Shown here piece after piece: positions 60,641 through 64,000 of a stretch of DNA of 64,000 bases. The stretch lies in assembly GCA_024683775.1 (NCBI GenBank), contig GCA_024683775.1_4106.1. One strand, given 5' to 3'. The notes under the pieces were generated by a model. That model was given only the letters and a program-made list of their open reading frames with translations. It did not search any database and had not been told where the DNA came from. Both the position numbers and the translations under genes were made by a program. The stretch comes from a phage. Each line of letters begins with the position of its first letter. Position 1 is the stretch's first letter.

Positions 60641-61317
60641 AAAAGAAACTAAATGAACAAGGTTTACGTCCACAAGTACTAAAGGATTTGATTCATCCTA
60701 TTATTAGTGTAGATGAATATACTCCTAAGATTGAAGATAGTAATATCGTTGTTATGTTTCAAGTACTAAACAACTTTGATGCTGCATATGACCTGTCATC
60801 TTTTATTGAGAAGTCTCCAATTGATGCAGTTGATACTGAAGCTGCTGAAACACCTAACCTGGATGGTCGTTATCAGGTATTCGTTGAAATGGAACGTGAT
60901 GCGGAATTTCCAGAAAACCTACTTCGTCTTATCAAAACTATTGAAAACATTTGCCCAAATCCTGGCTGGAAGATTCAGCTTTATGGTGTGAATGATCCGA
61001 TTGATGTTGATTTTGATGAAATTCAACAACGTATCGATTTGGGTATTCCTAAATCCATCAGTGAATTTTTAGACTTTGCTGGTGTATCTGTTGTTAAAGA
61101 AGGTCACATGCTTGCACTAAACACTGCATATGGTAAACTACATTACAGTACTGGTAGTGGCTTTGTGTCAGAAGCATACGTAAAACAGCTTCTATCGAAC
61201 GATACGCAGGTAGATACATCTCGCTTAAGTTCGGTACTAGGTGAAAGTTATAGCGTCCTACGTAGCGGTAATCAGTATGTAGTAGGTAAAGATGGGAAGT
61301 ATTTGGTGTTACGATGA
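60637..61317 (+). CDS. hypothetical protein
   Basis: 226-aa ORF. Confidence 0.45.
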   Translation: MKKKLNEQGLRPQVLKDLIHPIISVDEYTPKIEDSNIVVMFQVLNNFDAAYDLSSFIEKSPIDAVDTEAAETPNLDGRYQVFVEMERDAEFPENLLRLIKTIENICPNPGWKIQLYGVNDPIDVDFDEIQQRIDLGIPKSISEFLDFAGVSVVKEGHMLALNTAYGKLHYSTGSGFVSEAYVKQLLSNDTQVDTSRLSSVLGESYSVLRSGNQYVVGKDGKYLVLR

Positions 61318-62132
61318 GAATTTTAAACATGCTTAAATCTCTCCATGAGACTACCAAACTTCACCAAGACGACAAGTATCATCGTAGTACAACTAAAGAT
61401 TTGGCATGTAGAATGTATATGAGACGATTCGAAATTTCTCGAATCGGTAAAGGATGGGACGATATCAAACGTGAAGATATCGACCCTGATGCGGTATTCA
61501 AAGCATACATGGCACGAAAAGTTTTTATCAATGAGAAAACTTTTTATATTGACAGCGATAAAGAACTTGAAGTAAAATTTACGAAAGGCTTGTGGAAGAT
61601 TTGGTGCTTAGAGACGTTCGGTGAAGTGTTACCAGAGCCACCAGTACCAGAAACTTACAAAGATCTAAAAGCTATATTTGACAATGAACATATACATACA
61701 AATTACTCACTATATGAAACTGTTTCCGAAGCGGTATTTTATGGAGAGTTGAACGGTCATAACAAGTACTTTGATAGTATGGTGAGTTTTGATTTATTCT
61801 GTCATCTCCCTGGTATCTCTAGTTGGACATGTGACCAGCATCGAGCTAGTAAGGTAGACAAGCGTAAGTTCTCTGCCCAACGCTTTATGCAAGCTGCTAT
61901 GGGTATGTACAAATTGGATTATCTTGGGTGTCCAGAACCATATAAACATTTTTGGAAAGAACGTGCACAAAAGTGCATGAACTATTGTATAATTCGTTTA
62001 ATGGATTCATACATTTTAAAATTCAGAAATGCAACTGTGTATGATATGCCGGAACCACCAAAGAATGAAAAGTACCCACCAGTAAAAACATTTGTGTGGT
62101 ACAAGGACAAGAGTAACAAAAGGATGCACTAA
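61314..62132 (+). CDS. hypothetical protein
   Basis: 272-aa ORF. Confidence 0.45.
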   Translation: MRILNMLKSLHETTKLHQDDKYHRSTTKDLACRMYMRRFEISRIGKGWDDIKREDIDPDAVFKAYMARKVFINEKTFYIDSDKELEVKFTKGLWKIWCLETFGEVLPEPPVPETYKDLKAIFDNEHIHTNYSLYETVSEAVFYGELNGHNKYFDSMVSFDLFCHLPGISSWTCDQHRASKVDKRKFSAQRFMQAAMGMYKLDYLGCPEPYKHFWKERAQKCMNYCIIRLMDSYILKFRNATVYDMPEPPKNEKYPPVKTFVWYKDKSNKRMH

Positions 62133-62150
62133 GGTGCGTCCTTTTTTTCT
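62121..62150 (+). terminator. rho-independent terminator
   Basis: AGGATGCA...GTGCGTCCT hairpin overlapping the stop codon, then TTTTTTT. Confidence 0.5.
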
Positions 62151-62162
62151 TTAAAAAATGGT

Positions 62163-62191
62163 TTGACAAATACATCGTGTGTATGTAGAAT
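62163..62191 (+). promoter_or_regulatory. consensus sigma70 promoter (TTGACA, 17-bp spacer, TAGAAT)
   Basis: TTGACA at 62163-62168, tgTAGAAT with TAGAAT at 62186-62191. Confidence 0.6.
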
Positions 62192-62231
62192 GTACGTATC
62201 GTATCAATTTTAATTAATTAAGAGGTTAGTA

Positions 62232-63359
62232 ATGAAAGGAAAATATTTTTTCATTGACAACGGAAAAGAAGTTGAAATCAAAGAATTTAACTTCAACTAC
62301 GTTCTTAACTCACTGTTAAAACAGTATGATCGTTCATCGAATCGAAAATATATGTATACCATTGTTGTGGACAGAACATACGATTCATTGGGAAATCCAC
62401 ATTTCGACACCCGTTCACTTTCACTCGACGAGATCTATTTTGATAATCGCCGTTTGAAGGTAATGGATTTGATGAAAGATAAAATTCATTTCTCAAATGT
62501 GAGAATCGTTCCAGATCTCCCAATTCCTCCGTTAGAGAAGGAGTACCGAGACTGGAAGGAAGGCAAACTTCGTCCAAACATGGCAGCAGTAGCTACTTCA
62601 CCAGACGTTCCGGCTCCTATTGTTCTTAAGAAGAAACCTATCGATCCTGAATGTGATATGGTTGCTGACATTGAACGTTGGATGGAATTCCCAGATACAA
62701 TTAAAAAAGATTCGGTAAAAGTACTGGATTGGTATGTTAACCTCCCAGTATGTGCACAAGAAGTTGGTATGAAGATTCAGAAGATCTCTGAGCGACAATT
62801 GGATTTGAACGCAGCACTACAACAACACAGTGATTATATCCGTTTATTAATGGGTAACCTTACAACAGCACTGGAAAAGTTATTCCCGTTGAAGCCTACC
62901 TTTGCACAGAAGTTGTTTGGGAAAGCAGATATCAAAGTTCAACCATCTGATTTACCAAAAGTAATGAAAGCATTGAATGAGGCCGTGAAGTACGATACTA
63001 ACAAGTTTAGTGGTATTACGTCTTTATTCACTGAAATTCGTGAGGAAGTTCGTGAAATCAAAAATGAACTTGAGTATGGTAAGATTGGGTGTGAATATGC
63101 AATTCGTCGTTTGGAAGATCCATTTGAATATGAACTAACGCTTGAACGTATTATGAAAATGGGTATTTCAACAGCAATGACTGAAACTAGTATTGTTGGT
63201 GTTAGTAAGCAGTATCAGATTGATATGAGCCGAATGATTGATATTCAAACTATCACTATCCCATTGATTATAGGTCGTTTACAAGCTCAAACTGGTAAAG
63301 CAGTCGATGAAGATACTGCCAATATCATTCGCAACCTAGCGTATGGAAATAAAGAGTAA
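62232..63359 (+). CDS. hypothetical early protein
   Basis: 375-aa ORF downstream of a consensus promoter. Confidence 0.45.
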   Translation: MKGKYFFIDNGKEVEIKEFNFNYVLNSLLKQYDRSSNRKYMYTIVVDRTYDSLGNPHFDTRSLSLDEIYFDNRRLKVMDLMKDKIHFSNVRIVPDLPIPPLEKEYRDWKEGKLRPNMAAVATSPDVPAPIVLKKKPIDPECDMVADIERWMEFPDTIKKDSVKVLDWYVNLPVCAQEVGMKIQKISERQLDLNAALQQHSDYIRLLMGNLTTALEKLFPLKPTFAQKLFGKADIKVQPSDLPKVMKALNEAVKYDTNKFSGITSLFTEIREEVREIKNELEYGKIGCEYAIRRLEDPFEYELTLERIMKMGISTAMTETSIVGVSKQYQIDMSRMIDIQTITIPLIIGRLQAQTGKAVDEDTANIIRNLAYGNKE

Positions 63360-63367
63360 AAAAGTAG

Positions 63368-63396
63368 TTGACAGTACTGAGTGTTGCCTGTAGAAT
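63368..63396 (+). promoter_or_regulatory. consensus sigma70 promoter (TTGACA, 17-bp spacer, TAGAAT)
   Basis: TTGACA at 63368-63373, tgTAGAAT with TAGAAT at 63391-63396. Confidence 0.6.
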
Positions 63397-63442
63397 GTTT
63401 ATCACTGAGCAACACTATCTTAAATTAACTGAGGAATACACA

Positions 63443-64000
63443 ATGTCCGAGAAAGAAATCAATCCGAAAAAAGCAACAGTTAAACAAGCCAAAGCAACCA
63501 AAACTGCCAAACGTACTACCAAAACAGCAGCACACACAATTGACGCAACTGATATCTTCGAACAACAGTCCAAGTCACTTCCAGTACTGAAAGATACTAA
63601 AGGCAACAGTATGGCTTTAACTGTGCAGAATATTAATACCATCGGAACCACTGCTGGGGCAGGTGTAGGACGTTTGGCTGATGAAATCATGTCAAAAGTT
63701 AACGTCACTGATGATAATACCGAATTCGGTAAGTCTATTACTACTATCTTGACATTGACTCGTGCAGTTGATATTGATAGTCTACAGGACGATAAATCAA
63801 TCGTAGGCTGGGTCAAAAAACTTTTTGTTAATGCTAAACAGAAAGTTGGCGATCAGTACAAAAACAGTAAAGAACAAATTGATGAAATCATGAACACTCT
63901 TCAGGTTGGTATTAACCGCCAGCATGGGGAATGTGCATGGCTAGACACTGCTTACAACGAAAACAAAAACTATCTCTTTGAACTACGTGATACGTTAGTT
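63443..64000 (+). CDS. hypothetical early protein (partial, runs off the window end)
   Basis: ATG 63443 with GAGGA RBS; open to the window end; Lys/Thr/Ala-rich N-terminus; not in the ORF track because no stop is reached. Confidence 0.45.
   Translation, partial: MSEKEINPKKATVKQAKATKTAKRTTKTAAHTIDATDIFEQQSKSLPVLKDTKGNSMALTVQNINTIGTTAGAGVGRLADEIMSKVNVTDDNTEFGKSITTILTLTRAVDIDSLQDDKSIVGWVKKLFVNAKQKVGDQYKNSKEQIDEIMNTLQVGINRQHGECAWLDTAYNENKNYLFELRDTLV

Noticed and set aside
58099-61317. Clamp-loader small subunit (gp62) among the ORFs flanking the clamp-loader ATPase
   Set aside because: Several ORFs have the right size, but none aligned to T4 gp62 by eye, so no assignment was made.
63415-63816. 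Minus-strand ORF 63415-63816
   Set aside because: Antisense to a plus-strand ORF with a strong promoter and RBS at 63443; the plus frame stays open to the window end.

Overview
This 64-kb window reads as part of a large, AT-rich, virulent dsDNA phage genome with a T4-type replication and recombination toolkit but a non-T4 gene order. Coding is dense and almost entirely on the plus strand, with three short minus-strand islands (10.2-11.5 kb, 25.6-25.9 kb, 41.4-42.7 kb). All calls are from reading the supplied ORF translations and the DNA by eye; no database search or alignment program was run, so every homology statement is a motif-level judgement. Recognisable genes: family-B DNA polymerase, sliding clamp, clamp-loader ATPase, gp32-like SSB, UvsX, UvsW, Dda, gp41-like helicase, gp61-like primase, RNase H/FEN, RNase HI, NrdA/NrdB, DHFR, topoisomerase II large and medium subunits, a DEDDh exonuclease, a PD-(D/E)xK nuclease, a HAD 5'-nucleotidase, terminase large subunit, a tail-fibre protein and two GroES-like co-chaperonins. 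Three promoter classes are visible: consensus sigma70 promoters, promoters with a conserved GAGACAAAC box at -35, and ATAAATAAT late-type elements in front of putative structural genes. Hairpin plus T-run terminators are frequent. The most interesting observations are: (1) an early two-gene cassette encoding a translation initiation factor IF3 homolog and a ClpS-like adaptor; (2) two ORFs 31 kb apart that together look like the two halves of a miniature DnaE (Pol III alpha) palm domain; (3) a degenerate terminase-ATPase-like ORF with atypical codon usage directly upstream of the terminase gene, which itself carries a 1-nt frame disruption inside the Walker A motif; (4) a minus-strand pair of paralogous membrane-anchored proteins, one frameshifted. 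No CRISPR array, tRNA or rRNA was seen.
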